Below are positions 10,701 through 24,850 of a DNA stretch of 51,082 nt, piece by piece (the stretch's first letter is position 1; each line of letters begins with the position of its first letter). A program made the position numbers and the translations under genes. The DNA lies in NCBI GenBank assembly GCA_051453625.1, contig JBOZIK010000001.1:24815481-24866562 (forward strand). The letters run 5' to 3'. The notes under the pieces are model-generated. The model was not told where the DNA came from. It did not search any database and saw only the letters and a list, made by a program, of their open reading frames with translations. The stretch comes from Welwitschia mirabilis. Lineage: Eukaryota.

Positions 10701-11188
10701 TATGTCACTTTAATTGTTTTAGGAAAAATTAATAAAATTACCAATCGAAAATATATGAATGAAATGGACAATGCAAGAGAATGCAAATACAATGATAGCA
10801 TTTTTCTTTTATACTAGGGAATATGAAAAGGATTGTTAAAAAAAATCTTAACTAGTTATGTTCGAAAAATGGTATGAAGAAAAAGCATTGATGACTAGAT
10901 AAATGCTTATAATTATGATATCAAAATATTTTGATTGAGGCTATAATTATGGATTTTGACTATTTCTATGCTACCCTCAATTTTTGCTATGCTAAGAAAA
11001 GGCCATCATAAGTCCCATTGCAATGCGATGCCAAATGCTATACGGATGAACTTAAAATTAAACTAGTGCCAACTTGATTGTTGTCTTCTCTTTCTCCTAA
11101 TACCTGATTCGATTATATTTGCTATCATTTTCATAAATAAATTTCCTCCATCTTATAAATACATTAATCATTAATGATTGAAGGTACT

Positions 11189-12508
11189 TGTTTGCATGTT
11201 AAAATTGACATTATAAGTAGGTATAATTGATCAAATTAGTATAGGGAGAAACATTAAAACACCTTATTTTTCACATATTAATGTTTTCTACCCTGTTTAT
11301 TACTTTTAATGAAATTATGCTCTTTCTCCTAACATTAGTAGGTGTGTTGTTGGCTTTTTAATAACACTACAAAACCTTAAGGATTTCAAGGACCAAAAAC
11401 CGGCACCGTTGACTAGTACTACTAGCGTCATCGGCCTTCTAAGGTAGAATGCTGTAAAACTCATTTTCTTACATCTTTTGGGGGAATTAACCATCTTACA
11501 CTTGTAGGTTAAAGTTAGGCTTAACCCTGAATAAATCTTCAAAACCTGATGAAATGTGGCAGAAGTACAAAATGACACATTGCAATGACATTTGGCATAA
11601 GGATGATCATGAGGAAGAGGCATGACTTGGCATCTATTGGTAGCGTTATCAGCAATCAGAGGGCATGTCATCGTCATGCTAGCATAAGAAGACAAAGGAA
11701 TCCTTCCTTGTGGCTACATGCTAAAGACTTGTAACATCCTCTTGTGTGACCACCCTTAAGTAACTTCCCCTATATAACCACCTACTAACCTCATCTAATG
11801 TAATCAGAAGGAACCTCCTTAAGCCTTTTTTCATCTATAAAAAGGGCCTTAAGTACCCCTTGTAAACATCTTTTGATTAGCTTACTTTAGGGAAGGCTTA
11901 GAGGCTAAGTCATCATAATGCTCTGATACTCTTTTTGGGGGTTGAAATTATTCATGGTTAGTTGAGGATTTCTTCTTTGTTTACTCTTTCTCTAATTGAT
12001 GTAATGTATATTTTTTTAGGTTTTAATAAAAAATTTTTTTAAACCCTTACATTGTTAATGCATGAAAGCCATTTCGTATTAGCAATATTTAGCTAGGGCC
12101 AGTTTAAGAATTAGTCTAAGTGCTTTCATTATTATTGCACAATCAATTAGCAATATTTGGGTAGGATGAGTTCTTAAGAAGGTCTTATTTTTCATTATTA
12201 TTGCACAATCATTTGACATTAGCAATTTTTAAATGAAGCTTACTTAATTGTTAAGTTTAGGATCTAGGAATCATTGGAGTGAAGGTGGAAAGTTAGACAA
12301 AGCAAGTTGACCTTTGGAGCATTTCCATTCCCACACGTCATCGATTGAAGATCGCTTTCTTTCTCAACTTCTGATTTTTCTTCTGTTTGAGTTTTCATTA
12401 TCAATAGAATTAATTGTGTATCTTTTGTAAAGTTCTCACATATCCCTGTGGAAGAACGATTGTGAGTGTGAAGTTAGATAAATCCAGATCACTACAAAGC
12501 TACAATCG
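11189..12508 (+). repeat. 5' LTR
   Basis: Starts TGTTTGCATG and aligns along its length with 16151-17455. Contains a TATA-like TCTATAAAAAGGG (~11835) and internal ~70-bp tandem units (~12078-12230). Confidence 0.85.
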
Positions 12509-15500
12509 AATTTTGATGATGTTGTCAAATATGTATTAACATAGTAATTTTTTAAAGAGTACATGATTTTTTTCTTGCAATTTTTTAGTTATTTTTTATT
12601 TTTCCAGTGATGAGTATTGATTCTCTTTCTAGTGATACTTGAATTTGTCCTTTTTTCTTTCGTTTTTGTGTTTTTCCCTTCCAATGGTAGGTACTTTCTT
12701 AGTAGAACCTGAACTTCTCCAAATTGTTGAGTTTGGTTTTCCAATCTAATATCTAAAATTCAATTTTATATTTGATATTTTCAGGTTGCAGGTCTAACGA
12801 CTTTCCTATAGGTGCAACTAAACCTAAGATCGTGACTAAAATCAAACCAGACTCTAGCAATTTGTTTTATGTATTTTATGTTCCTGCGTTTTGTAAATTC
12901 ATTGTAAATTTTTCATTTTTATCAGTTTGTATTTCTATTAAAAATTTTAAGAAAAAAATAAAATGTGTATAACTTTTCCTAAACTTGCAAATTTTAAGTT
13001 TCAGACATTTTGGGTTTCTGTTGACTTTCTCTCAGACCCTGCAACCTAAAACCTTTGCGCGACCTAAACAAACCCATTGTCTTTTGTTGAACCTTTCTGC
13101 TTAAACTAATTGGTGCTACCACCTTCCCTAACTAGTGCTATTGGCTTTTCTACTCTGAAACCTCTGCAACTTTCATAGAAACCTTGTCTTAGCTCTTTGA
13201 AACTTTCTACTTAGAGGCTTCTTCTGAAACTAAGAAAATTCTAAAAAATGTGAACTCTCAACTTAAATTGTTGTCTTAAACTTAAATTATGATTTTGGCT
13301 CCAAACCTATTTCAAACATCTTTTAAGCTTTCACTTTTTTACTTATACAGTTTTTAGAATTATAATCAACCCAAATGAATCATAGGAGACTTTATCCAAC
13401 CTAGGTAGACATTTGAAGAGTATCTTCAACCCCATCTATATCTTAATCAACCTCTTTGCAACTTTGATTCTGAAAATCCCTATTATGAACCAAGAATGTT
13501 TAATCTCACACCTTCCTTCACCCATCATGATTCTTATCCTTCATCATCCTTTTCATATACATCATCCTTTGATCCATACCCTTCATCTTCCTTTCAATAT
13601 CCTTCGTCATTTGACCCTGACCCATCATCTTCGCAACAAACCATTCCACTCTCCTTAAAAGACATTTTTCAAAGATTTTTAGAAGGTGCTACCAAATCTT
13701 CTTCCAATTCACTTCAATTCCATTCTCGATCTTTCAAAGAAACCACCAATAAAACTAAGGGAAACATTGATCAAATCATTTAACAAATAGCCTAAACCAA
13801 TGAACAAATCTTGAGGGCTCTCAACCAACAAGAAAACGACAACCTTCTTACATTCTATGAACCTACAAGCCTAAAAAACTTTGAAGGAACTAATGAGACC
13901 TACATATATGACAACCAAATCATATTTCTTAGGAATGAGAAAGAAAACCTTAAAGAAGCTCACAACGAAATCAACGAGGATAGCCAAAAAGGCCTTGAAT
14001 TTCAAAAAGCCTTAAAGAGTGATAATTAGGTGCATTTAGATTATACTTTAGAGTAGGGCTAGATACAGCTAAAGACAATTAATCCGTGGTAAGTGAGCAA
14101 ACATTTAAGGAAGATTATAAACTAAAAATCTATACAATAGAATCAGAGTTAATAAGCGACATCAATGAAAAGCAGCACTTGAAGAAGAATCCTTTATTGA
14201 CCTTAATGAAGAGGAGAGCATTAACTAAGAGCCATTACATGACCCACCTATGAAGAGCCTTTGTCTTTTCCTCAACAAACTTTTAAACCAATCATGTCTT
14301 TACCTACTAAGTAAGATTTAAACCTCAATAATGAAGACAAACCCTCTATGCCTTTAGAACCATCTTTTGATACTTCTTTTGATGATCAATCACCTTTTCC
14401 CATGGTTTCCAACACATCTTTGCCTTCACCCCATAATAATGTCTTCTATGAGTTGTTGAATAAGTAGAAATACGCTAAGGGATGAAAATCATGTATAAAT
14501 GTTTATAGGGATTTGATCTACTCTTTAAATGCGTTGTATAATTGTAACACATCATTCAAACATGGCATTCATTATTTTAAACCTTCACACATGCAATACC
14601 CTGGAAAATCCCTTTCTAAGTTTTTAGCCTCATTGTGTGCCTTTAAGTTAGATTTCTCTTTTATATAGATTTCCCTTTTAGAATAAATTTTGGTTTGAAA
14701 AACTTAAAAATATTTTAAAAATTTGTGTTTGACTCCCTTTCACATCTTATGCTCAAGCACTTCCACTTGTATAAACACCATCTTAAACATTTTTAGGTAG
14801 GAAACCTAAAATGCCACCCACATCACCGAATAAACCACTATCACATCAAACCTTCTTTCCCATCCCTTTTATTTTCGCTATTCCTTCTTGAGTTCATCAA
14901 CCATCCTTCCCTTCCATCTATCTAGGAGTTCTTAAAATTAGATGATCTTGGTCAATTACCCTAAGTAAATAAACTATTAATAGGTGATCACATTATTGTT
15001 ATAAAATCTAAGTTTACTTGGAGTTTTTAAGAAAAGGTTTTGCCTATTTTCGACTTAACTTGTTAAGGTTTGGTTTTACTTAAAGTCTTTCAATTGAAAA
15101 GTATGGTTGAATTAGGGTGGAATCTACTTTCATACTAAGTAAATTATTTTTCAAAGCATTTTATGGGGACAAGATTTGTCTTGATTAGGCTAATGAGACA
15201 ATAACACTTTTATATGCATCAAAATGTATTGAATATGAAAAGGATGATTAAAAGAAAATAAAAAGATCTCCTCTCCAAAAGCACATTATTTATTGATCAT
15301 TAAAATTGGTTTTAATTAACTACATCAGGGCTATGGATACTGATTGACAATGTAGCTCTAATGATTTAATTTATAACATGTTCAGTTGTATTGGAGCTAT
15401 AAATGCTCACTGGCAATGCAACACTGACTCTTTCACATAAAAACATGTTTAATTCTATTGGAAGGAGATGTTATAACACTAAATGCCCAATTTGATCAAA

Positions 15501-16150
15501 ATGCTTAAAACAAGAAACAATTTATGATTATAAAAAAGGTAAATTGAAATGAAAAAGATGGAATTAGGTAATGCTTTTGTGATTATTTTCCTTAACTTGG
15601 GTAGTTGGAAGTTTGCTTAACTGATTTTTGATTGCTTATAGGTTCACTTAAAGGATATCTTATGTGTATGATATAGTGACATGTTTTCAATGTAGAATAA
15701 AATTTACAAATTTTCAATAAATGTGGTCATTATCTTAGGTGATCTGTCTTTTGGATTCGTAAATGTTGGATTTCATTAGGTTGCATATTTTCTGTTCCCT
15801 AAAGATTCCATTTTAGTTTAAGCATTGCATTATGATTTTCCCTAAATACTTACATCATTATCATATGCTAGCCTCTTGTAATTTACTTGTTTTCAAAAGC
15901 CTTGTAAAAATTTCTTATCTTTGTAACTTTAAGGACAAAGTTTAATTTTGATTACAAGGTATGACATCTACTTTTACAAAAAAAAAAAAAAAAATTGATT
16001 TTGATGCCTAAATATTAAAAATTAATCACAATTTTCCAAAAATACCATATCATTTTCTTACCTGCCATTTTCACTTAGCTAATTTTTCTATGTCATCATT
16101 TCTTCATTAACTTTTTGCTAAGGGACTAGCAAAAGACTGGTTAGGAGGTG

Positions 16151-17455
16151 TGTTAGCATGTAAAAACTAACATTATAAGGAATTATAATTGATCAAATTA
16201 GCATAAGGAAAAACATTAAAACACATTTTTTTTACATATTAATGTTTTCTACCCTTTTGATTACTGTTTATGAAATTATGCTATTTCTCCTAACATTAAT
16301 AGGGGTGTTGCTGCCTTCTTAATAACATTGCAAAACCTTGAAAATTTCTAGAAACAAAAACTGGTGCCGTCGGTTAAGACTATTGGCACTATCTGCCTTC
16401 TAAGTCAAAATGCTATAAAACTCATGTTCCTGTGCCTTTGTGGGCAATTAAACATCTTGCACTTATGGGCTAAGTCAAAATTAATTCTAAATAAATTTTC
16501 AAAACTTGACAGCACATGGTAGAAGTACAAGATGATACATCATAGCGACATGTAATGCAACAAGGAAGATGCGTGACTTGGCATCTGTTGGCAATATCAT
16601 CAGTAGTCAGAGGACATGTCATCGCCATTCTAGCATAAGAAGACAAAGAAATCCTTCATTGTGACTACATGCCAAAAACTAGTAACTTCCTCTTAGATAA
16701 CCATCCTTAAGTAACTTTGCTAATATAACCACTCACCAACCTCACTTAATGTAATCATGATGAACCTTCTCAAGCCTTTTCTCATCTATAAAAGGGCCTT
16801 GAGTACCCATTGTAAACATATTTTGATTAGCTTAACATGGGGAAGACTTGGAGGCTAGGACATCATGGTTCTCTAATACTCTTTCTTGGGGCCAAAATGA
16901 TTCAAGGCTAGTTGAGGAGTTCTTCCTTGTTTCATCTTTCTGATGCAATGTGTTATATTTTAATAAAGAATGGGTTTAAACCCTTTCATTTTTAATGCAC
17001 AACAATCATTTGGTATCAGCAATACTTGGGTAGAACTAGTTTAAGAATTAGTTTAAACACTTTCATTGTAATTGCACAATCATTTGGCATTAGTAAAATT
17101 TAGGTAGGGCTAGTTCTTAAGTAGGCTTTATTCTTTCATTGTTATTGCATAATTATTTGGCATTAGCAATTTTTAGGTGAAGCTCACTTAATTGTTAAGT
17201 TCAGGATATAAGAATCATTAGAGCAAAGGTGAAAAGGTGGACAAATTGAGTAGAGCTTTGGAGCATTTATGTTCCCACATGTCATCAATTAAGGATCACT
17301 TTCTTTCTCAACTTCTAATTTTTTGGTTGTTTAAGTCTTTATTGTACGTAGAATTAATTGTCTATCTTTTGTGAAAGTTACCTTATATATCCCTATAGAA
17401 GAATTATTCTGAGTGTAAACTTAGATACATCCGGATCACCACAAAGCTACGGTCA
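16151..17455 (+). repeat. 3' LTR
   Basis: Starts TGTTAGCATG and ends ...CTACGGTCA. Direct repeat of 11189-12508, differing mostly by transitions. Confidence 0.85.
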
Positions 17456-17851
17456 GTGTTGATGGTTAAAGCATTGAATGTCATTTTTAGCTAGTTCAAT
17501 TCTACAATATAGCTTTATCTTTTACCCTTGCCATGTTAGTGTTATTCTTAATAGTTTTTTAACAAGATATCCAATTACAAAAGCATTTTTCATGTGGAAA
17601 ATCATTATAATATTGTTTTGAGTATTCATTGGACTCTATTTTTCCAACGTTATAGTTTTCCATGCTGAGGCTAGTTAATTAATAGCTACAAATTTTAGTT
17701 TAATGCATCGATTATTAGGATGATAGACTAATAATTGATGATTGTTTAACAATTATACAATTGTGTAATTTTTCTTCTTATGGTTGTTGATGTTCTATCT
17801 TATTTAATATTTTAATTACTAGAATTCTTTTCTATTATTAAGTTGATTTGA

Positions 17852-18052
17852 TTGTTGTCTTTATGCTACTATAACTGATGTTCATAGTTTATTTTCAATA
17901 TGTTATTCATATAGTTTGTTGCTTATGCTACTATAAGTGATGGTTTGGTATAGTCTATTTTCAATATTTTATCCGTATAGTTTGTTGTTTATGCTATTAT
18001 AAGTGATGTTCTAGTATAGTTTATTTTCAATATGTTACTCATATAGTTTGCT
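17852..18052. repeat. Minisatellite, three copies of ~62-66 bp
   Basis: Unit TTATGCTACTATAAGTGATG...TAGTTTATTTTCAATATGTTATTCATATAGTTTGTTG is repeated three times. Confidence 0.85.
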
Positions 18053-18599
18053 ACTTTAACTCACATTCAGAGCTTTCACAAATACAAACTTGTAAGCTGC
18101 ACTTATGTCGTAGATTCCTATGTATCGAATTAATCATGTATTATTACATTTTTAGCATTATTTGTTAAAGATTCATTCATGATATTAATCTTAATCTATG
18201 TCTATTTCTGCTTAAAAGGTAAATTGATCTTTTTCACACAGCATTTCTTCATCCAAATATTTTATTATCTGTTGTTACTCTTTAAGTATTCTAAATGGGA
18301 TAAGAAAATTACAATCCTATATTGGATTAGTAAGTACTAAATCAAACATGTAGCATCAACAAATAGGGATCATGTAGAGGGAATCCAAACATGAAGACTT
18401 ATCAAGTTTAAATCAATTTCTTTTAATTCTTATTGTATTGTGTAATAATTGAAAAGAAGACCTTGGATTTTGATTAATAAATATACATTAATGTATGGTT
18501 GATTATTTTTCTTATTTTTGATTTAAAAAAATTGTGTCTGATATACCTTTGAGAAATCATTGGAAATTTATTTCACATATCTTTTACATGTTTTAAGAG

Positions 18600-20300
18600 T
18601 AATGAATAGGACTTGTAGTAGGGAAATGTTTGTTGTTCTAAGAGGATCTGTTAGACAGAAAATACTTGTCAAATCTAGATGGAAACATATTAATGAAAAA
18701 TAGGAGGTTATAGGGAACCAATCCTAAATCATAATCTAAGTCACAAACTAACCAAGAGCCTAAAACATCATTAGTAACTTAATCCTTGAACCCTTCAGTA
18801 CTAAGAGATTAGTTAAATTTATTTTTTTGAGAGGTTTTGATAAGATTTTTGCCAAAGATTTTTGCTTTAAACATAAAATTTTCAAATTGAAAGATTAAGA
18901 CTAAATTCTCTTATCATGATATTTTCAAGAAGTATTTGAAAAAGGAATTTGTATCCCAATAAGAGATTCATAATCCTTACCAAGCTTTTCTAGAATAATA
19001 TATACAAATTTCCTTACTTAACCTAGACTCAAGATGATCATCATTTGTCTCGAGTACCATTAGGATAAGAAATTGGATAGTCAAAGTAAGATCATTGGAC
19101 CTAGATGATATCAATTCCAAATGATAACTAGAATGATCCCCTTTATCTTCATATAGATCCAAGACCTATTTGGAGCCAATTTGATGAATGGTATAATTAT
19201 TATTGGAATCCTAATTTTGAAACACATAAAGCATTACAAAATGATCAAACAACAATTAACACTTAAGGGAATGTCTATGTGAAGCAAGTACTATAAGCAA
19301 CATCATCAAAAGCCTTCATATTGCCTAAAACTTATGATTGCAATAATAGTTACCCTCTTAACTATGTTTATAACCATATGAATGAGTAAAATTTTGCTAT
19401 AGAGAAAATAGTGAATGATACCTTATTAGTAGGTGGCCTAAGTATTTTAGGGATGAATAATATTAACAAAAATTAGAGTCAATCCATCTATTTACTTCTA
19501 AATTTATCTTAATAATTTAATAACACATTAGATGATGGCCTTGTCAGAACAAATGTCTAGGTCATCTTTCTAACCACCAGTAACACAAATATACCTTATC
19601 AATTTGGTCAGCCTAAGCGTAACTAAGTATATCGTTATAAGCTTATGAAGAGACTATGATGTTTTAATTTAAATAATTTTCATCTCCACAACCATACAAA
19701 ACATCAATTCTATTACAAGAAGGTTATGAAAGAGGATTTGGACTATTGATAATGTTTTCAATTTTCCTATTGTTTGCACAACCATTAAGACAAGCACCAC
19801 ATTTTAGTTGGGGTAGAACCTTAAGAAACTTTTTGCATCAACATGGATAAGTACATGTTGGACTTCTAATCTATTCACACAAACTTGATATGCAAATAAA
19901 GAAGACTTTTACCCATATTTAGAGGACTAGATCATGAATATTTAATAATTCACTTAAGGAACTTTAAAATGTTATTAGCAATGTTAGCACTCAAATTTAA
20001 AAGATAAGGCAAGTGTTTGATTAAAAATCATATAAACACATACTAGGATTTAGATGAAATAAAGGTGCTGTAGGGAATTTGAACCGTTATTATCCATGTT
20101 AGCACTCAACTTTAAAAGATAAGGTAAGGTTTTGATTAAAAGTCCTATAAAAACCTCTAGAAGTTGGATGAAATAGGGGATTTGTATATGAGAAATCTTA
20201 CCATGGATTCCAGCTCAACAACTATTACAAAATTTTATATAGGAATTGGATAAGTATGTGAGATAATATGTAGATCTAGTAAGAAAAAAAATATTTTTAA
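18600..20300 (-). mobile_element. Degenerate LINE 5' portion (ORF1 plus endonuclease remnant)
   Basis: Minus-strand GSWLVCDLD (~18762-18735; cf. WxxxGDFN) is followed by SRFDKYFLSN (~18680-18650; cf. SRLDRFxxS). The region also contains a local duplication (19981-20065 / 20097-20180). Confidence 0.4.
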
Positions 20301-20631
20301 TTGAATCCTCAAAGATGCTTTTCAAATATGTGATCCATTAGTTGACCAAAGAAAGCAATCACTTATAATAGAAAAGAAAGTAGAAAATTCAACAATGAAA
20401 TTCCAAGAATACTTGAACATGACTAATAACCAACCAATACTTTTAAGCATGCAAAAATATCATCTTTGTAGCAATACCATATAAAAAATAGAATAATGTC
20501 AAGCATGGGAGTTTATGTGAGATGAAGTTATGTCACACCTTCTCATTAATAACTAAATTTAGTTTAGTGATATGGACTTAACGCATTGTATTTTATGCAG
20601 ATGTGTTAAGCTAGCTCTACAAAATATTATA

Positions 20632-20860
20632 GTAGAATGAGTTTTATTAGTAAAAAATGTGATTTGTTTTGCATAGTATGATAATATTATGAGTGTAATA
20701 TTCAAAAATATAAGACTAAAGTCATTGGTAGGATTTTTTCGCAAAATGCAATAACAGAATGAGTTTTAGTATTTAGAAGCATGATTTATTTTGCATAATA
20801 TAAGAATAATTTAAGCTTAATATTCAAAAATGTTATACCAAAGTCATTGGTAGAATTTTT
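20632..20860. repeat. Two-copy ~110-120-bp direct repeat
   Basis: AGAATGAGTTTTA...TTTTGCATA...TAATATTCAAAAAT...AAAGTCATTGGTAG occurs at ~20632-20740 and ~20755-20860. Confidence 0.75.
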
Positions 20861-21449
20861 TTCCTTTTTTTAAAGAACTCCATAATTAAGCATGCTAGGC
20901 CTAGAGTAGAATTGGTTTGGTAAACCCTTGGGAACTATAAATTAGGATATAAAACAAAAAAAATAAGAAAGTAAAATTAAAGTAATTAAGACTTTCAACA
21001 TTGAAATAGAGTTATTTAACATCCACTTAACAATTAATAAATGATTAAAAATAATAATAAATAGATAGATAAAATATCATTAAAATGGTAACAAAAACCA
21101 ACAAAAAAATAATATGTAAGGATACAACCTAATTAATGGATACAATTATCAAATATTAATTAATAACTTAATTAGTGGACACAATTAGTAAATAAATAAG
21201 AAATGCATAATTAATAATTAAATATGATTAAATAAGTGAGTAGGTTAGATATATATATATTTTTTTATGATCTAACTTTTGGGCTTCTTAATTTATTTCT
21301 AAGTTGTAAATGAATGCAAAGCTATTAGATCATTTTTCAAGTTTTTCGAATATTAACTTTCATATAAGTAATTGCTTTAAAAAGCAATACCTCTTGTGAC
21401 TACATTGTCAATATTTTACAGAGAAAAAAGAAAAATATTAGTTCAAAGT

Positions 21450-24400
21450 TTTTTGGAATGTTAAACCTTGTCTTACTTACTTATGGTTGGCTAGCTTAAT
21501 AGAATCACACTATATATACAATTACGAATTGTTCTTGTCATTCCTAAAAACAATAAAATAGAGCTTGTAATTATGAATTGTCTTATCAAATTTAATAGGA
21601 TCCATTAAATGTCAAACTCAAGCCTTATTAGCTGATGCTAAAAAACATCTACAAGCCTAGGATGTTTACTTTACCTCTAGTGCTTTGATCAAAGGTAGAT
21701 TAACTTGGTTGTTATTCAGGATGATAACTAAAAAGCTTTTTAAAATTTTTAAAATCAAATGTGGATGAAAATAAAGGCCTCTCTTCTTTGCTTATTAATA
21801 ATTCTTTGATATTTAAGGTGGATGTTATTTTGAATTATATATTAAATTATTTCCCAGTTACCTTTAAAGAAGATGTTTTTCCCCTCAACTTATCTCATCC
21901 AATGCAACTTTCATTCCTAGTGAAATAACTCTAGCTTATAATTCTCTTATAGAAAAGAATATTAATTTTATAGAACTATTAAAAAAACCAAAAAACATGT
22001 TTTAGTTTAGGTAATGGGAAAGCTCTCGGTTTTGATGGTTTTCTAGCTAAATCTTATAAGAGTCATTAGGATGTAATGGAATAGGACTATAGCATGTGAT
22101 TTAAAAAGCTATTTACAAAGGCTCTTTAGGCTCTTATATTAGTTAATGAATCATTTGACTTCTTATGAATTCAAAGATCCTGATCTTGTCACTAATTAGT
22201 GTTCAATTACCTTCCTTAGTTTTTTATATTAAAATTTTAGCCAAATGTTTAGTTATCAAGTTAAAATCGACTTTTCTTGATATTATTGGTAATGAACAAT
22301 CTAACTTTATTAAATTATTACATGAAAGGGAATGTGATGGTTAAAATATTTAGGTCAAAATATGATCTTTATCAAACTTGATTATGCAAAGCCATATAAT
22401 AAAATTTAGTGGAGTTTTATTCTAAAATGTCTGAAAAAGCATGCATTTGGCTAGAAATTTCATCTTGTTACTTATTTATTTAAAAATATCAATACATGTG
22501 TTACAACTAAACATACTATTTTAAAGACTTCTAATAGTAAAAGATTAGTTCAAGAAGAATGTCCATCAACTATGTATCGACTTATTTTAGCAACTAATAT
22601 TTTATATCATGTATTTCACATAGGTAAATAATTAGACCTAATCTAGAGCATTCAAATTTATAATGATTTCAAATATTCTATAGATATACATTCTAGAGAT
22701 GACTTATCCTTTTCTTATTAAAAATGTTAGACTAGTGGTTTTGCCTTTTATCTACCAAATAGATCAATATTACATGCTCTTAAAATTCAAAATAAATTGA
22801 AAGAAATCTTCTATTTTTTATTATTTAGCATTTTCTAATAGCTTTGAATTTGACTTCAGTCATTAATTTAGCCCACAGATATTTTTAAAGTTTTGGCATG
22901 TCCTTTTTATTTTGCTCAATCTCCTCATGATATGTGGAAATGGGGTTTAAATAAAATTCAAAAGAAGGTAGAAAAAGGAAAATCTAAGAAGCATTCACTT
23001 GTAAGAAAATAGGTGACAAGGAAATCTATGGTGGCTTCTACTCAGAATTATTATTCGTCTTATAAAGATCTCTCTTAGCTAGCTCATAAGAGCTAGAGGC
23101 TATTTTAATAATATATATGTGGCTATCATCTAACATCAAAAATAGCTTTGCTAGAATAACTTGGAATTTTGATTTCTTCAAAAAAAAGCATAAGTGGACT
23201 AGATCTTATACAGTGTTTTAATTAGGCTCAGGCTTTATGTCATAAATGGATTTTGTAAATAGTTAATGAATCTAGTCTTGTTAGTTTCTTTACATTTAAA
23301 TAAATTAGCTAATGCTTTTCTTAAACATTAGTTTATTTGAAAAAGTATTCATTCTATAAATTAGATAGCCTTCGCACATAAATTAAAATAGAAGTTACTC
23401 CTGTTTTCCAATGCATTTAGAAGACATAAAAACCTAGCCATTGTTTTATAAATTGATATTATACTTCCACTATTAATGCATTAAGAATTAAATCCTTAAT
23501 GGATTCATACAATAGATGTTCCATTAACATGTACCTATATTTGTTTTCAAGGATAAGGGATTCAATGAACAAATTTGCAAACGTTATATGGCTCAACTAT
23601 TGGAATGTGCCTTGCTTACTTCGACCCAAAGNNNNNNNNNNNNNNNNNNNNNNNNNNNNNNNNNNNNNNNNNNNNNNNNNNNNNNNNNNNNNNNNNNNNN
23701 NNNNNNNNNNNNNNNNNNNNNNNNNNNNNNNNNNNNNNNNNNNNNNNNNNNNNNNNNNNNNNNNNNNNNNNNNNNNNNNNNNNNNNNNNNNNNNNNNNNN
23801 NNNNNNNNNNNNNNNNNNNNNNNNNNNNNNNNNNNNNNNNNNNNNNNNNNNNNNNNNNNNNNNNNNNNNNNNNNNNNNNNNNNNNNNNNNNNNNNNNNNN
23901 NNNNNNNNNNNNNNNNNNNNNNNNNNNNNNNNNNNNNNNNNNNNNNNNNNNNNNNNNNNNNNNNNNNNNNNNNNNNNNNNNNNNNNNNNNNNNNNNNNNN
24001 NNNNNNNNNNNNNNNNNNNNNNNNNNNNNNNNNNNNNNNNNNNNNNNNNNNNNNNNNNNNNNNNNNNNNNNNNNNNNNNNNNNNNNNNNNNNNNNNNNNN
24101 NNNNNNNNNNNNNNNNNNNNNNNNNNNNNNNNNNNNNNNNNNNNNNNNNNNNNNNNNNNNNNNNNNNNNNNNNNNNNNNNNNNNNNNNNGTGCCTTGCTT
24201 ACTTCGACCAAAAGTCCACCCCCACCCCCCACCCTCCAACCACCCCCCTCTCCCCCCTCCCCGCGCCCCTGCCCTCCTTCTTCTCCCTTAAACATAATTT
24301 ATAGCTAATTGATAATGAAAAATACTTGTGAGATTATCTCAAATCAATAGATGAAGCACATTTATTACCCTTTAAAGTTAAAAAAATATTATAACGTTCT

Positions 24401-24850
24401 TTGATCTATTCATCTTCCTGCTTCTTAATGTAATCATTGATGAAATGTGGATGATTCAAAACATGTATTTAAACCCTTCCTTTTATTTAATTTGGAAATT
24501 ATTAGCTATTCCTCAAGGAGAGTATTTTCCTTAGTATCTTGTAGATCATGAGCTATTTAAGACTTCATTATGTTATCTATGATTTACTTTAGTAGTTTTT
24601 CCCTCTTATGGTTTAGATAAATTCTTTTTTTACCCCATATTTTTTACAAATGCAAATATGAAGCTTCTATTTAAATGGAAGTGCCTAAGCTTATGCAAGG
24701 TTTTAAGCTACATTAAAAAGAGATTTTCTTTGATGATGTTGTTTCATCTATGTCCTCTTTACATTTTTTTATAAAAATGTGTTTGTCCCATTATTTTATA
24801 TCAAATGTGGTAACATCATTTGATTTATTTGTACATACAAAATTTACTCA
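21450..24850 (+). mobile_element. Degenerate L1-type LINE ORF2 (reverse transcriptase and C-terminus), spanning a gap
   Basis: Motifs in order: GKALGFDGFLAKSYK (~22016-22060; cf. KAPGPDG), KILAKCLVIKLKSTFLDIIGNEQSNFI (~22231-22311), IKLDYAKPYNKI*WSFI (~22370-22420), VQEECPSTMY (cf. RQGCPL), KIN*KKS (~22788-22810), and a W...GGLGL-like segment at ~23160-23208. Confidence 0.85.

Larger units (their letters stand above)
11189..17455 (+). mobile_element. Athila-like (Ty3/Gypsy) LTR element, ~6.3 kb, no detectable pol (non-autonomous or internally deleted)
   Basis: Two ~1.3-kb LTRs. Decayed Athila-type PBS TTTTGATGATGTTGTC (12511-12526; cf. TTTGGCGCCGTTGCC). PPT-like ...GGTTAGGAGGTG before 16151. 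Degenerate TSD GTACT / GTGTT. Gag-C-terminal-like remnants at 13496-14280 (SLKDIFQRFL...FKETT; EEPLSFPQ). Confidence 0.8.

Noticed and set aside
17852..18052. CRISPR-like array
   Set aside because: Contiguous tandem units without unique spacers, in a plant genome with no cas genes.
18600..20300. Gypsy RNase H/integrase remnant
   Set aside because: Only vague matches; the LINE endonuclease-like motifs fit better.
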